A stretch of 64,000 bases of DNA from assembly GCF_009914755.1 (NCBI RefSeq), contig NC_060925.1; one strand, written 5' to 3'. Positions 45,401 through 61,400 of this stretch are shown here, piece after piece (position 1 is the stretch's first letter; each line of letters begins with the position of its first letter). The position numbers and the translations under genes were made by a program. Source of the stretch: the human T2T-CHM13v2.0 reference genome, Homo sapiens. The notes beneath the pieces were generated by a model, which saw only the letters and a list, made by a program, of their open reading frames with translations, was not told the DNA's origin and searched no databases.

Positions 45401-46600
45401 CATGATTGAATGGAATTGAATGGAATCATCGAATGGTCTCGATTGGAATCATTATCAAATGGAATCGAATGGAATCACCGAATAGAATCGAATGGAACAA
45501 TCATCGAATGGACTCAAATGGAATTATCCTCAAATGGAATCGAATGGAATTATCGAATGCAATCGAATGGAATTATCGAATGCAATCGAATAGAATCATC
45601 GAAAGGACTCGAATGGAATCATCGAATGGAATGGAATGGAACAGTCAATGAACTCGAATGGAATCATCATTGAATGGAATCGAATGGAATCATCGACTGG
45701 AATCGAATGGAATTATGATCAAATGGAATCGAATGTAATCATCATCAAATGGAATCAAAAATAACCATCATCAATTGGTATTGAATGGAATTGTCATCAA
45801 ATGGAATTCAAAGGAATCATCATCAAATGGAACCGAATGGAATCCTCATTGAATGGAAATGAAAGGGGTCATCATCTAATGGAATCGCATGGAATCATCA
45901 TCAAATGGAATAGAATGGAATCATCATCAAATGGAATCTAATGGAATCATTGAACAGAATTGAATGGAATCGTCATCGAATGAATTGAATGCAATCATCG
46001 AATGGTCTCGAATGGAATCTTCTTCTAATGGAAAGGAATGGAATCATCGCATAGAATCGAATGGAATTATCATCGAATGGAATCGAATGATATCAACACC
46101 AAACGGAAAAAAACGGAATTATCGAATGGAATCGAAGAGAATCTTCGAACGGACCCGAATGGAATCATCTAATGGAATGGAATGGAATAATCCATGGACT
46201 CGAATGCAATCATCATCGAATGGAATCGAATGGAATCATCGAATGGACTCGAATGGAATAATCATTGAACGGAATCGAATGGAATCATCATCGGATGGAA
46301 ATGAATGGAATCATCATCGAATGGAAATGAAAGGAGTCATCATCTAATGGAATTGCATGGAATCATCATAAAATGGAATCGAATGGAATCAACCTCAAAT
46401 GGAATCAAATGGAATCATTGAACGGAATTGAATGGAATCGTCATCGAATGAATTGACTGCAATCATCGAATGGTCTCGAATGGAATCATCTTCAAATGGA
46501 ATGGAATGGAATCATCGCATAGAATCGAATGGAATTATCATCGAATGTAATCGAATGGAATCAACATCAAACGGAAAAAAACGGAATTATCAAATGGAAT
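39500..46600 (+). repeat. Tandem duplication of a two-unit (3552-bp) block: U23-U24 copied as U25-U26; breakpoints approximate
   Basis: Rare variants repeat at +3552: CAGAATTC (40634/44186), CATAGCAT, ATCGACTGG, ATTATTATG, TTGACTGAAA, GAATGATATC and ATTATCAAATGG (43040/46592). Confidence 0.85.
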
Positions 46601-49600
46601 CGAAGAGAATCATCGAATGGACCCGAATGGAATCATCTAATGGAATGGAATGGAATTATCCATGGACTCGAATGCAATCATCATCGAATGGAAACGAATG
46701 GAATCATCGAATGGACTCGAATGGAATAATCATTGAACGGAATCGAATGGAATCATCATCGGATGGAAATGAATGGAATCATCATCGAATGGAATCGAAT
46801 AGAATTATGGAATGAAATCCAGTGTGATCATCATCGAATGGACCCGAATGGAATCATCATCCAACGGAAGCTAATGGAATCAACATCGAATGAATCGAAT
46901 GGAAACACCATCGAATTGAAACGAATGGAATTATCATGAAATTGAAATGGATGGACTCATCATCGAATGGATTCGAATGGAATCATCGAATAAAATTGAT
47001 TGAAATCATCATCCAATGGAATCGAATGGTATCATTGAATGGAATCGAATGGAATCATCATCAGATGGAAATGAATGGAATCGTCATAGAATGGAATCGA
47101 ATGGATTCATTGAATGGAATCAGATGGAATCATCGAATGGACTGGAATGGAATCATTGAATGGACTCGAAAGGGATCATTATTGAATGGAATTGAATGGA
47201 ATCATCGAATGGTCTCGATTGGAATCATTATCAAATGGAATCGAATGGAATCACCGAACAGAATCGAATGGAACAATCATCGAATGGACTCAAATGGAAT
47301 TATCCTCCAATGGAATCGAATGGAATTATCGAATGCAATCGAATGGAATTATCGAATGCAATCGAATAGAATCATCGAATGGACTCGAATGGAATCATCG
47401 AATGGAATGGAATGGAACAGTCAATGAACTCGAATGGAATCATCATTGAATGGAATCGAATGGAATCATCGAGTGGAATCGAATGGAATTATGATCAAAT
47501 GGAATCGAATGTAATCCTCATCAAATGGAATCAAAAATAACCATCATCAATTGGTATTGAATGGAATTGTCATCAAATGGAATTCAAAGGAATCATCATC
47601 AAATGGAACCGAATGGAATCCTCATTGAATGGAAATGAAAGGGGTCATCATCTAATGGAATCGCATGGAATCATCATCAAATGGAATCGAATGGAATCAT
47701 CATCAAATGGAATCTAATGGAATCATTGAACAGAATTGAATGGAATCGTCATCGAATGAATTGAATGCAATCATCGAATGGTCTCGAATGGAATCATCTT
47801 CTAATGGAAAGGAATGGAATCATCGCATAGAATCGAATGGAATTATCATCGAATGGAATCAAATGGTATCAACACCAAACGGAAAAAAACGGAATTATCG
47901 AATGGAATCGAAGAGAATCTTCGAACGGACCCGAATGGAATCATCTAATGGAATGGAATGGAATAATCCATGGACTCGAATGCAATCATCATCGAATGGA
48001 ATGGAATGGAATCATCGAATGGACTCGAATGGAATAATCATTGAACGGAATCGAATGGAATCATCATCGGATGGAAACGAATGGAATCATCATCGAATGG
48101 AAATGAAAGGAGTCATCATCTAATGGAATTGCATGGAATCATCATAAAATGGAATCGAATGGAATCAACATCAAATGGAATCAAATGGAATCATTGAACG
48201 GAATTGAATGGAATCGTCATCGAATGAATTGACTGCAATCATCGAATGGTCTCGAATGGAATCATCTTCAAATGGAATGGAATGGAATCATCGCATAGAA
48301 TCGAATGGAATTATCATCGAATGGAATCGAATGGAATCAACATCAAATGGAAAAAAACGGAATTATCGAATGGAATCGAAGAGAATCATCGAATGGACCC
48401 GAATGGAATCATCTAATGGAATGGAATGGAATAATCCATGGACTCGAATGCAATCATCATCGAATGGAATCGAATGGAATCATCGAATGGACTCGAATGG
48501 AATAATCATTGAACGGAATCGAATGGAATCATCATCGGATGGAAATGAATGGAATCATCATCGAATGGAATCGAATAGAATTATGGAATGAAATCCAGTG
48601 TGATCATCATCGAATGGACCCGAATGGAATCATCATCCAACGGAAGCTAATGGAATCAACATCGAATGAATCGAATGGAAACACCATCGAATTGAAACGA
48701 ATGGAATTATCATGAAATTGAAATGGATGGACTCATCATCGAATGGATTCGAATGGAATCATCGAATAAAATTGATTGAAATCATCATCGAATGGAATCG
48801 AATGGTATCATTGAATGGAATCGAATGGAATCATCATCAGATGGAAATGAATGGAATCGTCATAGAATGGAATCGAATGGATTCATTGAATGGAATCAGA
48901 TGGAATCATCGAATGGACTGGAATGGAATCATTGAATGGACTCGAAAGGGATCATGATTGAATGGAATTGAATGGAATCATCGAATGGTCTCGATTGGAA
49001 TCATTATCAAATGGAATCGAATGGAATCACCGAATAGAATCGAATGGAACAATCATCGAATGGACTCAAATGGAATTATCCTCAAATGGAATCGAATGGA
49101 ATTATCGAATGCAATCGAATGGAATTATCGAATGCAATCGAATAGAATCATCGAAAGGACTCGAATGGAATCATCGAATGGAATGGAATGGAACAGTCAA
49201 TGAACTCGAATGGAATCATCATTGAATGGAATCGAATGGAATCATCGAGTGGAATCGAATGGAATTATGATCAAATGGAATCGAATGTAATCATCATCAA
49301 ATGGAATCAAAAATAACCATCATCAATTGGTATTGAATGGAATTGTCATCAAATGGAATTCAAAGGAATCATCATCAAATGGAACCGAATGGAATCCTCA
49401 TTGAATGGAAATGAAAGGGGTCATCATCTAATGGAATCGCATGGAATCATCATCAAATGGAATCGAATGGAATCATCATCAAATGGAATCTAATGGAATC
49501 ATTGAACAGAATTGAATGGAATCGTCATCGAATGAATTGAATGCAATCATCGAATGGTCTCGAATGGAATCATCTTCTAATGGAAAGGAATGGAATCATA

Positions 49601-52600
49601 GCATAGAATCGAATGGAATTATCATCGAATGGAATCGAATGGTATCAACACCAAACGGAAAAAAACGGAATTATCGAATGGAATCGAAGAGAATCTTCGA
49701 ACGGACCCGAATGGAATCATCTAATGGAATGGAATGGAATAATCCATGGACTCGAATGCAATCATCATCGAATGGAATCGACTGGAATCATCGAATGGAC
49801 TCGAATGGAATAATCATTGAACGGAATCGAATGGAATCATCATCGGATGGAAACGAATGGAATCATCATCGAATGGAAATGAAAGGAGTCATCATCTAAT
49901 GGAATTGCATGGAATCATCATAAAATGGAATCGAATGGAATCAACATCAAATGGAATCAAATGGAATCATTGAACGGAATTGAATGGAATCGTCATCGAA
50001 TGAATTGACTGCAATCATCGAATGGTCTCGAATGGAATCATCTTCAAATGGAATGGAATGGAATCATCGCATAGAATCGAATGGAATTATCATCGAATGG
50101 AATCGAATGGAATCAACATCAAACGGAAAAAAACGGAATTATCGAATGGAATCGAAGAGAATCATCGAATGGACCCGAATGGAATCATCTAATGGAATGG
50201 AATGGAATAATCCATGGACTCGAATGCAATCATCATCGAATGGAATCGAATGGAATCATCGAATGGACTCGAATGGAATAATCATTGAACGGAATCGAAT
50301 GGAATCATCATCGGATGGAAATGAATGGAATCATCATCGAATGGAATCGAATAGAATTATGGAATGAAATCCAGTGTGATCATCATCGAATGGACCCGAA
50401 TGGAATCATCATCCAACGGAAGCTAATGGAATCAACATCGAATGAATCGAATGGAAACACCATCGAATTGAAACGAATGGAATTATCATGAAATTGAAAT
50501 GGATGGACTCATCATCGAATGGATTCGAATGGAATCATCGAATAAAATTGATTGAAATCATCATCCAATGGAATCGAATGGTATCATTGAATGGAATCGA
50601 ATGGAATCATCATCAGATGGAAATGAATGGAATCGTCATAGAATGGAATCGAATGGATTCATTGAATGGAATCAGATGGAATCATCGAATGGACTGGAAT
50701 GGAATCATTGAATGGACTCGAAAGGGATCATTATTGAATGGAATTGAATGGAATCATCGAATGGTCTCGATTGGAATCATTATCAAATGGAATCGAATGG
50801 AATCACCGAATAGAATCGAATGGAACAATCATCGAATGGACTCAAATGGAATTATCCTCCAATGGAATCGAATGGAATTATCGAATGCAATCGAATGGAA
50901 TTATCGAATGCAATCGAATAGAATCATCGAATGGACTCGAATGGAATCATCGAATGGAATGGAATGGAACAGTCAATGAACTCGAATGGAATCATCATTG
51001 AATGGAATCGAATGGAATCATCGAGTGGAATCGAATGGAATTATGATCAAATGGAATCGAATGTAATCATCATCAAATGGAATCAAAAATAACCATCATC
51101 AATTGGTATTGAATGGAATTGTCATCAAATGGAATTCAAAGGAATCATCATCAAATGGAACCGAATGGAATCCTCATTGAATGGAAATGAAAGGGGTCAT
51201 CATCTAATGGAATCGCATGGAATCATCATCAAATGGAATCGAATGGAATCATCATCAAATGGAATCTAATGGAATCATTGAACAGAATTGAATGGAATCG
51301 TCATCGAATGAATTGAATGCAATCATCGAATGGTCTCGAATGGAATCATCTTCTAATGGAAAGGAATGGTATCATCGCATAGAATCGAATGGAATTATCA
51401 TCGAATGGAATCGAATGGTATCAACACCAAACGGAAAAAAACGGAATTATCGAATGGAATCGAAGAGAATCTTCGAACGGACCCGAATGGAATCATCTAA
51501 TGGAATGGAATGGAATAATCCATGGACTCGAATGCAATCATCATCGAATGGAATCGAATGGAATCATCGAATGGACTCGAATGGAATAATCATTGAACGG
51601 AATCGAATGGAATCATCATCGGATGGAAATGAATGGAATCATCATCGAATGGAAATGAAAGGAGTCATCATCTAATGGAATTGCATGGAATCATCATAAA
51701 ATGGAATCGAATGGAATCAACATCAAATGGAATCAAATGGAATCATTGAACGGAATTGAATGGAATCGTCATCGAATGAATTGACTGCAATCATCGAATG
51801 GTCTCGAATGGAATCATCTTCAAATGGAATGGAATGGAATCATCGCATAGAATCGAATGGAATTATCATCGAATGGAATCGAATGGAATCAACATCAAAC
51901 GGAAAAAAACGGAATTATCGAATGGAATCGAAGAGAATCATCGAATGGACCCGAATGGAATCATCTAATGGAATGGAATGGAATAATCCATGGACTCGAA
52001 TGCAATCATCATCGAATGGAATCGAATGGAATCATCGAATGGACTCGAATGGAATAATCATTGAACGGAATCGAATGGAATCATCATCGGATGGAAATGA
52101 ATGGAATCATCATCGAATGGAATCGAATAGAATTATGGAATGAAATCCAGTGTGATCATCATCGAATGGACCCGAATGGAATCATCATCCAACGGAAGCT
52201 AATGGAATCAACATCGAATGAATCGAATGGAAACACCATCGAATTGAAACGAATGGAATTATTATGAAATTGAAATGGATGGACTCATCATCGAATGGAT
52301 TCGAATGGAATCATCGAATAAAATTGACTGAAATCATCATCCAATGGAATCGAATGGTATCATTGAATGGAATCGAATGGAATCATCATCAGATGGAAAT
52401 GAATGGAATCGTCATAGAATGAAATCGAATGGATTCATTGAATGGAATCAGATGGAATCATCGAATGGACTGGAATGGAATCATTGAATGGACTCGAAAG
52501 GGATCATGATTGAATGGAATTGAATGGAATCATCGAATGGTCTCGATTGGAATCATTATCAAATGGAATCGAATGGAATCACCGAATAGAATCGAATGGA

Positions 52601-55600
52601 ACAATCATCGAATGGACTCAAATGGAATTATCCTCAAATGGAATCGAATGGAATTATCGAATGCAATCGAATGGAATTATCGAATGCAATCGAATAGAAT
52701 CATCGAAAGGACTCGAATGGAATCATCGAATGGAATGGAATGGAACAGTCAATGAACTCGAATGGAATCATCATTGAATGGAATCGAATGGAATCATCGA
52801 CTGGAATCGAATGGAATTATGATCAAATGGAATCGAATGTAATCATCATCAAATGGAATCAAAAATAACCATCATCAATTGGTATTGAATGGAATTGTCA
52901 TCAAATGGAATTCAAAGGAATCATCATCAAATGGAACCGAATGGAATCCTCATTGAATGGAAATGAAAGGGGTCATCATCTAATGGAATCGCATGGAATC
53001 ATCATCAAATGGAATAGAATGGAATCATCATCAAATGGAATCTAATGGAATCATTGAACAGAATTGAGTGGAATCGTCATCGAATGAATTGAATGCAATC
53101 ATCGAATGGTCTCGAATGGAATCTTCTTCTAATGGAAAGGAATGGAATCATCGCATAGAATCGAATGGAATTATCATCGAATGGAATCGAATGGTATCAA
53201 CACCAAACGGAAAAAAACGGAATTATCGAATGGAATCGAAGAGAATCTTCGAACGGACCCGAATGGAATCATCTAATGGAATGGAATGGAATAATCCATG
53301 GACTCGAATGCAATCATCATCGAATGGAATCGAATGGAATCATCGAATGGACTCGAATGGAATAATCATTGAACGGAATCGAATGGAATCATCATCGGAT
53401 GGAAATGAATGGAATCATCATCGAATGGAAATGAAAGGAGTCATCATCTAATGGAATTGCATGGAATCATCATAAAATGGAATCGAATGGAATCAACCTC
53501 AAATGGAATCAAATGGAATCATTGAACGGAATTGAATGGAATCGTCATCGAATGAATTGACTGCAATCATCGAATGGTCTCGAATGGAATCATCTTCAAA
53601 TGGAATGGAATGGAATCATCGCATAGAATCGAATGGAATTATCATCGAATGGAATCGAATGGAATCAACATCAAACGGAAAAAAACGGAATTATCGAATG
53701 GAATCGAAGAGAATCATCGAATGGACCCGAATGGAATCATCTAATGGAATGGAATGGAATTATCCATGGACTCGAATGCAATCATCATCGAATGGAATCG
53801 AATGGAATCATCGAATGGACTCGAATGGAATAATCATTGAACGGAATCGAATGGAATCATCATCGGATGGAAATGAATGGAATCATCATCGAATGGAATC
53901 GAATAGAATTATGGAATGAAATCCAGTGTGATCATCATCGAATGGACCCGAATGGAATCATCATCCAACGGAAGCTAATGGAATCAACATCGAATGAATC
54001 GAATGGAAACACCATCGAATTGAAACGAATGGAATTATCATGAAATTGAAATGGATGGACTCATCATCGAATGGATTCGAATGGAATCATCGAATAAAAT
54101 TGATTGAAATCATCATCCAATGGAATCGAATGGTATCATTGAATGGAATCGAATGGAATCATCATCAGATGGAAATGAATGGAATCGTCATAGAATGGAA
54201 TCGAATGGATTCATTGAATGGAATCAGATGGAATCATCGAATGGACTGGAATGGAATCATTGAATGGACTCGAAAGGGATCATTATTGAATGGAATTGAA
54301 TGGAATCATCGAATGGTCTCGATTGGAATCATTATCAAATGGAATCGAATGGAATCACCGAACAGAATCGAATGGAACAATCATCGAATGGACTCAAATG
54401 GAATTATCCTCCAATGGAATCGAATGGAATTATCGAATGCAATCGAATGGAATTATCGAATGCAATCGAATAGAATCATCGAATGGACTCGAATGGAATC
54501 ATCGAATGGAATGGAATGGAACAGTCAATGAACTCGAATGGAATCATCATTGAATGGAATCGAATGGAATCATCGAGTGGAATCGAATGGAATTATGATC
54601 AAATGGAATCGAATGTAATCATCATCAAATGGAATCAAAAATAACCATCATCAATTGGTATTGAATGGAATTGTCATCAAATGGAATTCAAAGGAATCAT
54701 CATCAAATGGAACCGAATGGAATCCTCATTGAATGGAAATGAAAGGGGTCATCATCTAATGGAATCGCATGGAATCATCATCAAATGGAATCGAATGGAA
54801 TCATCATCAAATGGAATCTAATGGAATCATTGAACAGAATTGAATGGAATCGTCATCGAATGAATTGAATGCAATCATCGAATGGTCTCGAATGGAATCA
54901 TCTTCTAATGGAAAGGAATGGAATCATCGCATAGAATCGAATGGAATTATCATCGAATGGAATCGAATGGTATCAACACCAAACGGAAAAAAACGGAATT
55001 ATCGAATGGAATCGAAGAGAATCTTCGAACGGACCCGAATGGAATCATCTAATGGAATGGAATGGAATAATCCATGGACTCGAATGCAATCATCATCGAA
55101 TGGAATGGAATGGAATCATCGAATGGACTCGAATGGAATAATCATTGAACGGAATCGAATGGAATCATCATCGGATGGAAACGAATGGAATCATCATCGA
55201 ATGGAAATGAAAGGAGTCATCATCTAATGGAATTGCATGGAATCATCATAAAATGGAATCGAATGGAATCAACATCAAATGGAATCAAATGGAATCATTG
55301 AACGGAATTGAATGGAATCGTCATCGAATGAATTGACTGCAATCATCGAATGGTCTCGAATGGAATCATCTTCAAATGGAATGGAATGGAATCATCGCAT
55401 AGAATCGAATGGAATTATCATCGAATGGAATCGAATGGAATCAACATCAAACGGAAAAAAACGGAATTATCGAATGGAATCGAAGAGAATCATCGAATGG
55501 ACCCGAATGGAATCATCTAATGGAATGGAATGGAATAATCCATGGACTCGAATGCAATCATCATCGAATGGAATCGAATGGAATCATCGAATGGACTCGA

Positions 55601-58400
55601 ATGGAATAATCATTGAACGGAATCGAATGGAATCATCATCGGATGGAAATGAATGGAATCATCATCGAATGGAATCGAATAGAATTATGGAATGAAATCC
55701 AGTGTGATCATCATCGAATGGACCCGAATGGAATCATCATCCAACGGAAGCTAATGGAATCAACATCGAATGAATCGAATGGAAACACCATCGAATTGAA
55801 ACGAATGGAATTATCATGAAATTGAAATGGATGGACTCATCATCGAATGGATTCGAATGGAATCATCGAATAAAATTGATTGAAATCATCATCCAATGGA
55901 ATCGAATGGTATCATTGAATGGAATCGAATGGAATCATCATCAGATGGAAATGAATGGAATCGTCATAGAATGGAATCGAATGGATTCATTGAATGGAAT
56001 CAGATGGAATCATCGAATGGACTGGAATGGAATCATTGAATGGACTCGAAAGGGATCATGATTGAATGGAATTGAATGGAATCATCGAATGGTCTCGATT
56101 GGAATCATTATCAAATGGAATCGAATGGAATCACCGAATAGAATCGAATGGAACAATCATCGAATGGACTCAAATGGAATTATCCTCCAATGGAATCGAA
56201 TGGAATTATCGAATGCAATCGAATGGAATTATCGAATGCAATCGAATAGAATCATCGAATGGACTCGAATGGAATCATCGAATGGAATGGAATGGAACAG
56301 TCAATGAACTCGAATGGAATCATCATTGAATGGAATCGAATGGAATCATCGAGTGGAATCGAATGGAATTATGATCAAATGGAATCGAAAGTAATCATCA
56401 TCAAATGGAATCAAAAATAACCATCATCAATTGGTATTGAATGGAATTGTCATCAAATGGAATTCAAAGGAATCATCATCAAATGGAACCGAATGGAATC
56501 CTCATTGAATGGAAATGAAAGGGGTCATCATCTAATGGAATCGCATGGAATCATCATCAAATGGAATCGAATGGAATCATCATCAAATGGAATCTAATGG
56601 AATCATTGAACAGAATTGAATGGAATCGTCATCGAATGAATTGAATGCAATCATCGAATGGTCTCGAATGGAATCATCTTCTAATGGAAAGGAATGGAAT
56701 CATCGCATAGAATCGAATGGAATTATCATCGAATGGAATCGAATGGTATCAACACCAAACGGAAAAAAACGGAATTATCGAATGGAATCGAAGAGAATCT
56801 TCGAACGGACCCGAATGGAATCATCTAATGGAATGGAATGGAATAATCCATGGACTCGAATGCAATCATCATCGAATGGAATCGAATGGAATCATCGAAT
56901 GGACTCGAATGGAATAATCATTGAACGGAATCGATTGGAATCATCATCGGATGGAAACGAATGGAATCATCATCGAATGGAAATGAAAGGAGTCATCATC
57001 TAATGGAATTGCATGGAATCATCATAAAATGGAATCGAATGGAATCAACATCAAATGGAATCAAATGGAATCATTGAACGGAATTGAATGGAATCGTCAT
57101 CGAATGAATTGAGTGCAATCATCGAATGGTCTCGAATGGAATCATCTTCAAATGGAATGGAATGGAATCATCGCATAGAATCGAATGGAATTATCATCGA
57201 ATGGAATCGAATGGAATCAACATCCAACGGAAAAAAACGGAATTATCGAATGGAATCGAAGAGAATCATCGAATGGACCCGAATGGAATCATCTAATGGA
57301 ATGGAATGGAATAATCCATGGACTCGAATGCAATCATCATCGAATGGAATCGAATGGAATCATCGAATGGACTCGAATGGAATAATCATTGAACGGAATC
57401 GAATGGAATCATCATCGGATGGAAATGAATGGAATCATCATCGAATGGAATCGAATAGAATTATGGAATGAAATCCAGTGTGATCATCATCGAATGGACC
57501 CGAATGGAATCATCATCCAACGGAAGCTAATGGAATCAACATCGAATGAATCAAATGGAAACACCATCGAATTGAAACGAATGGAATTATCATGAAATTG
57601 AAATGGATGGACTCATCATCGAATGGATTCGAATGGAATCATCGAATAAAATTGATTGAAATCATCATCGAATGGAATCGAATGGTATCATTGAATGGAA
57701 TCGAATGGAATCATCATCAGATGGAAATGAATGGAATCGTCATAGAATGGAATCGAATGGATTCATTGAATGGAATCAGATGGAATCATCGAATGGACTG
57801 GAATGGAATCATTGAATGGACTCGAAAGGGATCATGATTGAATGGAATTGAATGGAATCATCGAATGGTCTCGATTGGAATCATTATCAAATGGAATCGA
57901 ATGGAATCACCGAATAAAATCGAATGGAACAATCATCGAATGGACTCAAATGGAATTATCCTCAAATGGAATCGAATGGAATTATCGAATGCAATCGAAT
58001 GGAATTATCGAATGCAATCGAATAGAATCATCGAATGGACTCGAATGGAATCATCGAATGGAATCGAATGGAATGGAACAGTCAATGAACTCGAATGGAA
58101 TCATCATTGAATGGAATCGAATGGAATCATCGAGTAGAATCGAATGGAATTATGATCAAATGGAATCGAATGTAATCATCATCAAATGGAATCAAAAATA
58201 ACCATCATCAATTGGTATTGAATGGAATTGTCATCAAATGGAATTCAAAGGAATCATCATCAAATGGAACCGAATGGAATCCTCATTGAATGGAAATGAA
58301 AGGGGTCATCATCTAATGGAATCGCATGGAATCATCATCAAATGGAATCGAATGGAATCATCATCAAATGGAATCTAATGGAATCATTGAACAGAATTGA

Positions 58401-61400
58401 ATGGAATCGTCATCGAATGAATTGAATGCAATCATCAAATGGTCTCGAATGGAATCATCTTCTAATGGAAAGGAATGGAATCATCGCATAGAATCGAATG
58501 GAATTATCATCGAATGGAATCGAATGGTATCAACACCAAACGGAAAAAAACGGAATTATCGAATGGAATCGAAGAGAATCTTCGAACGGACCCGAATGGA
58601 ATCATCTAATGGAATGGAATGGAATAATCCATGGACTCGAATGCAATCATCATCGAATGGAATGGAATGGAATCATCGAATGGACTCGAATGGAATAATC
58701 ATTGAACGGAATCGAATGGAATCATCATCGGATGGAAATGAATGGAATCATCATCGAATGGAAGTGAAAGGAGTCATCATCTAATGGAATTGCATGGAAT
58801 CATCATAAAATGGAATCGAATGGAATCAACATCAAATGGAATCAAATGGAATCATTGAACGGAATTGAATGGAATCGTCATCGAATGAATTGACTGCAAT
58901 CATCGAATGGTCTCGAATGGAATCATCTTCAAATGGAATGGAATGGAATCATCGCATAGAATCGAATGGAATTATCATCGAATGGAATCGAATGGAATCA
59001 ACATCAAACGGAAAAAAACGGAATTATCGAATGGAATCGAAGAGAATCATCGAATGGACCCGAATGGAATCATCTAATGGAATGGAATGGAATAATCCGT
59101 GGACTCGAATGCAATCATCATCGAATGGAATCGAATGGAATCATCGAATGGACTCGAATGGAATAATCATTGAACGGAATCGAATGGAATCATCATCGGA
59201 TGGAAATGAATGGAATCATCATCGAATGGAATCGAATAGAATTATGGAATGAAATCCAGTGTGATCATCATCGAATGGACCCGAATGGAATCATCATCCA
59301 ACGGAAGCTAATGGAATCAACATCGAATGAATCGAATGGAAACACCATCGAATTGAAACGAATGGAATTATCATGAAATTGAAATGGATGGACTCATCAT
59401 CGAATGGATTCGAATGGAATCATCAAATAAAATTGATTGAAATCATCATCCAATGGAATCGAATGGTATCATTGAATGGAATCGAATGGAATCATCATCA
59501 GATGGAAATGAATGGAATCGTCATAGAATGGAATCGAATGGATTCATTGAATGGAATCAGATGGAATCATCGAATGGACTGGAATGGAATCATTGAATGG
59601 ACTCGAAAGGGATCATGATTGAATGGAATTGAATGGAATCATCGAATGGTCTCGATTGGAATCATTATCAAATGGAATCGAATGGAATCACCGAATAGAA
59701 TCGAATGGAACAATCATCGAATGGACTCAAATGGAATTATCCTCAAATGGAATCGAATGGAATTATCGAATGCAATCGAATGGAATTATCGAATGCAATC
59801 GAATAGAATCATCGAAAGGACTCGAATGGAATCATCGAATGGAATGGAATGGAACAGTCAATGAACTCGAATGGAATCATCATTGAATGGAATCGAATGG
59901 AATCATCGAGTGGAATCGAATGGAATTATGATCAAATGGAATCGAATGTAATCATCATCAAATGGAATCAAAAATAACCATCATCAATTGGTATTGAATG
60001 GAATTGTCATCAAATGGAATTCAAAGGAATCATCATCAAATGGAACCGAATGGAATCCTCATTGAATGGAAATGAAAGGGGTCATCATCTAATGGAATCG
60101 CATGGAATCATCATCAAATGGAATCGAATGGAATCATCATCAAATGGAATCTAATGGAATCATTGAACAGAATTGAATGGAATCGTCATCGAATGAATTG
60201 AATGCAATCATCGAATGGTCTCGAATGGAATCTTCTTCTAATGGAAAGGAATGGAATCATCGCATAGAATCGAATGGAATTATCATCGAATGGAATCGAA
60301 TGGTATCAACACCAAACGGAAAAAAACGGAATTATCGAATGGAATCGAAGAGAATCTTCGAACGGACCCGAATGGAATCATCTAATGGAATGGAATGGAA
60401 TAATCCATGGACTCGAATGCAATCATCATCGAATGGAATCGAATGGAATCATCGAATGGACACGAATGGAATAATCATTGAACGGAATCGAATGGAATCA
60501 TCATCGGATGGAAATGAATGGAATCATCCTCGAATGGAAATGAAAGGAGTCATCATCTAATGGAATTGCATGGAATCATCATAAAATGGAATCGAATGGA
60601 ATCAACCTCAAATGGAATCAAATGGAATCATTGAACGGAATTGAATGGAATCGTCATCGAATGAATTGACTGCAATCATCGAATGGTCTCGAATGGAATC
60701 ATCTTCAAATGGAATGGAATGGAATCATCGCATAGAATCGAATGGAATTATCATCGAATGGAATCGAATGGAATCAACATCAAACGGAAAAAAACGGAAT
60801 TATCGAATGGAATCGAAGAGAATCATCGAATGGACCCGAATGGAATCATCTAATGGAATGGAATGGAATAATCCATGGACTCGAATGCAATCATCATCGA
60901 ATGGAATCGAATGGAATCATCGAATGGACTCGAATGGAATAATCATTGAACGGAATCGAATGGAATCATCATCGGATGGAAATGAATGGAATCATCATCG
61001 AATGGAATCGAATAGAATTATGGAATGAAATCCAGTGTGATCATCATCGAATGGACCCGAATGGAATCATCATCCAACGGAAGCTAATGGAATCAACATC
61101 GAATGAATCGAATGGAAACACCATCGAATTGAAACGAATGGAATTATCATGAAATTGAAATGGATGGACTCATCATCGAATGGATTCGAATGGAATCATC
61201 GAATAAAATTGATTGAAATCATCATCCAATGGAATCGAATGGTATCATTGAATGGAATCGAATGGAATCATCATCAGATGGAAATGAATGGAATCGTCAT
61301 AGAATGGAATCGAATGGATTCATTGAATGGAATCAGATGGAATCATCGAATGGACTGGAATGGAATCATTGAATGGACTCGAAAGGGATCATTATTGAAT

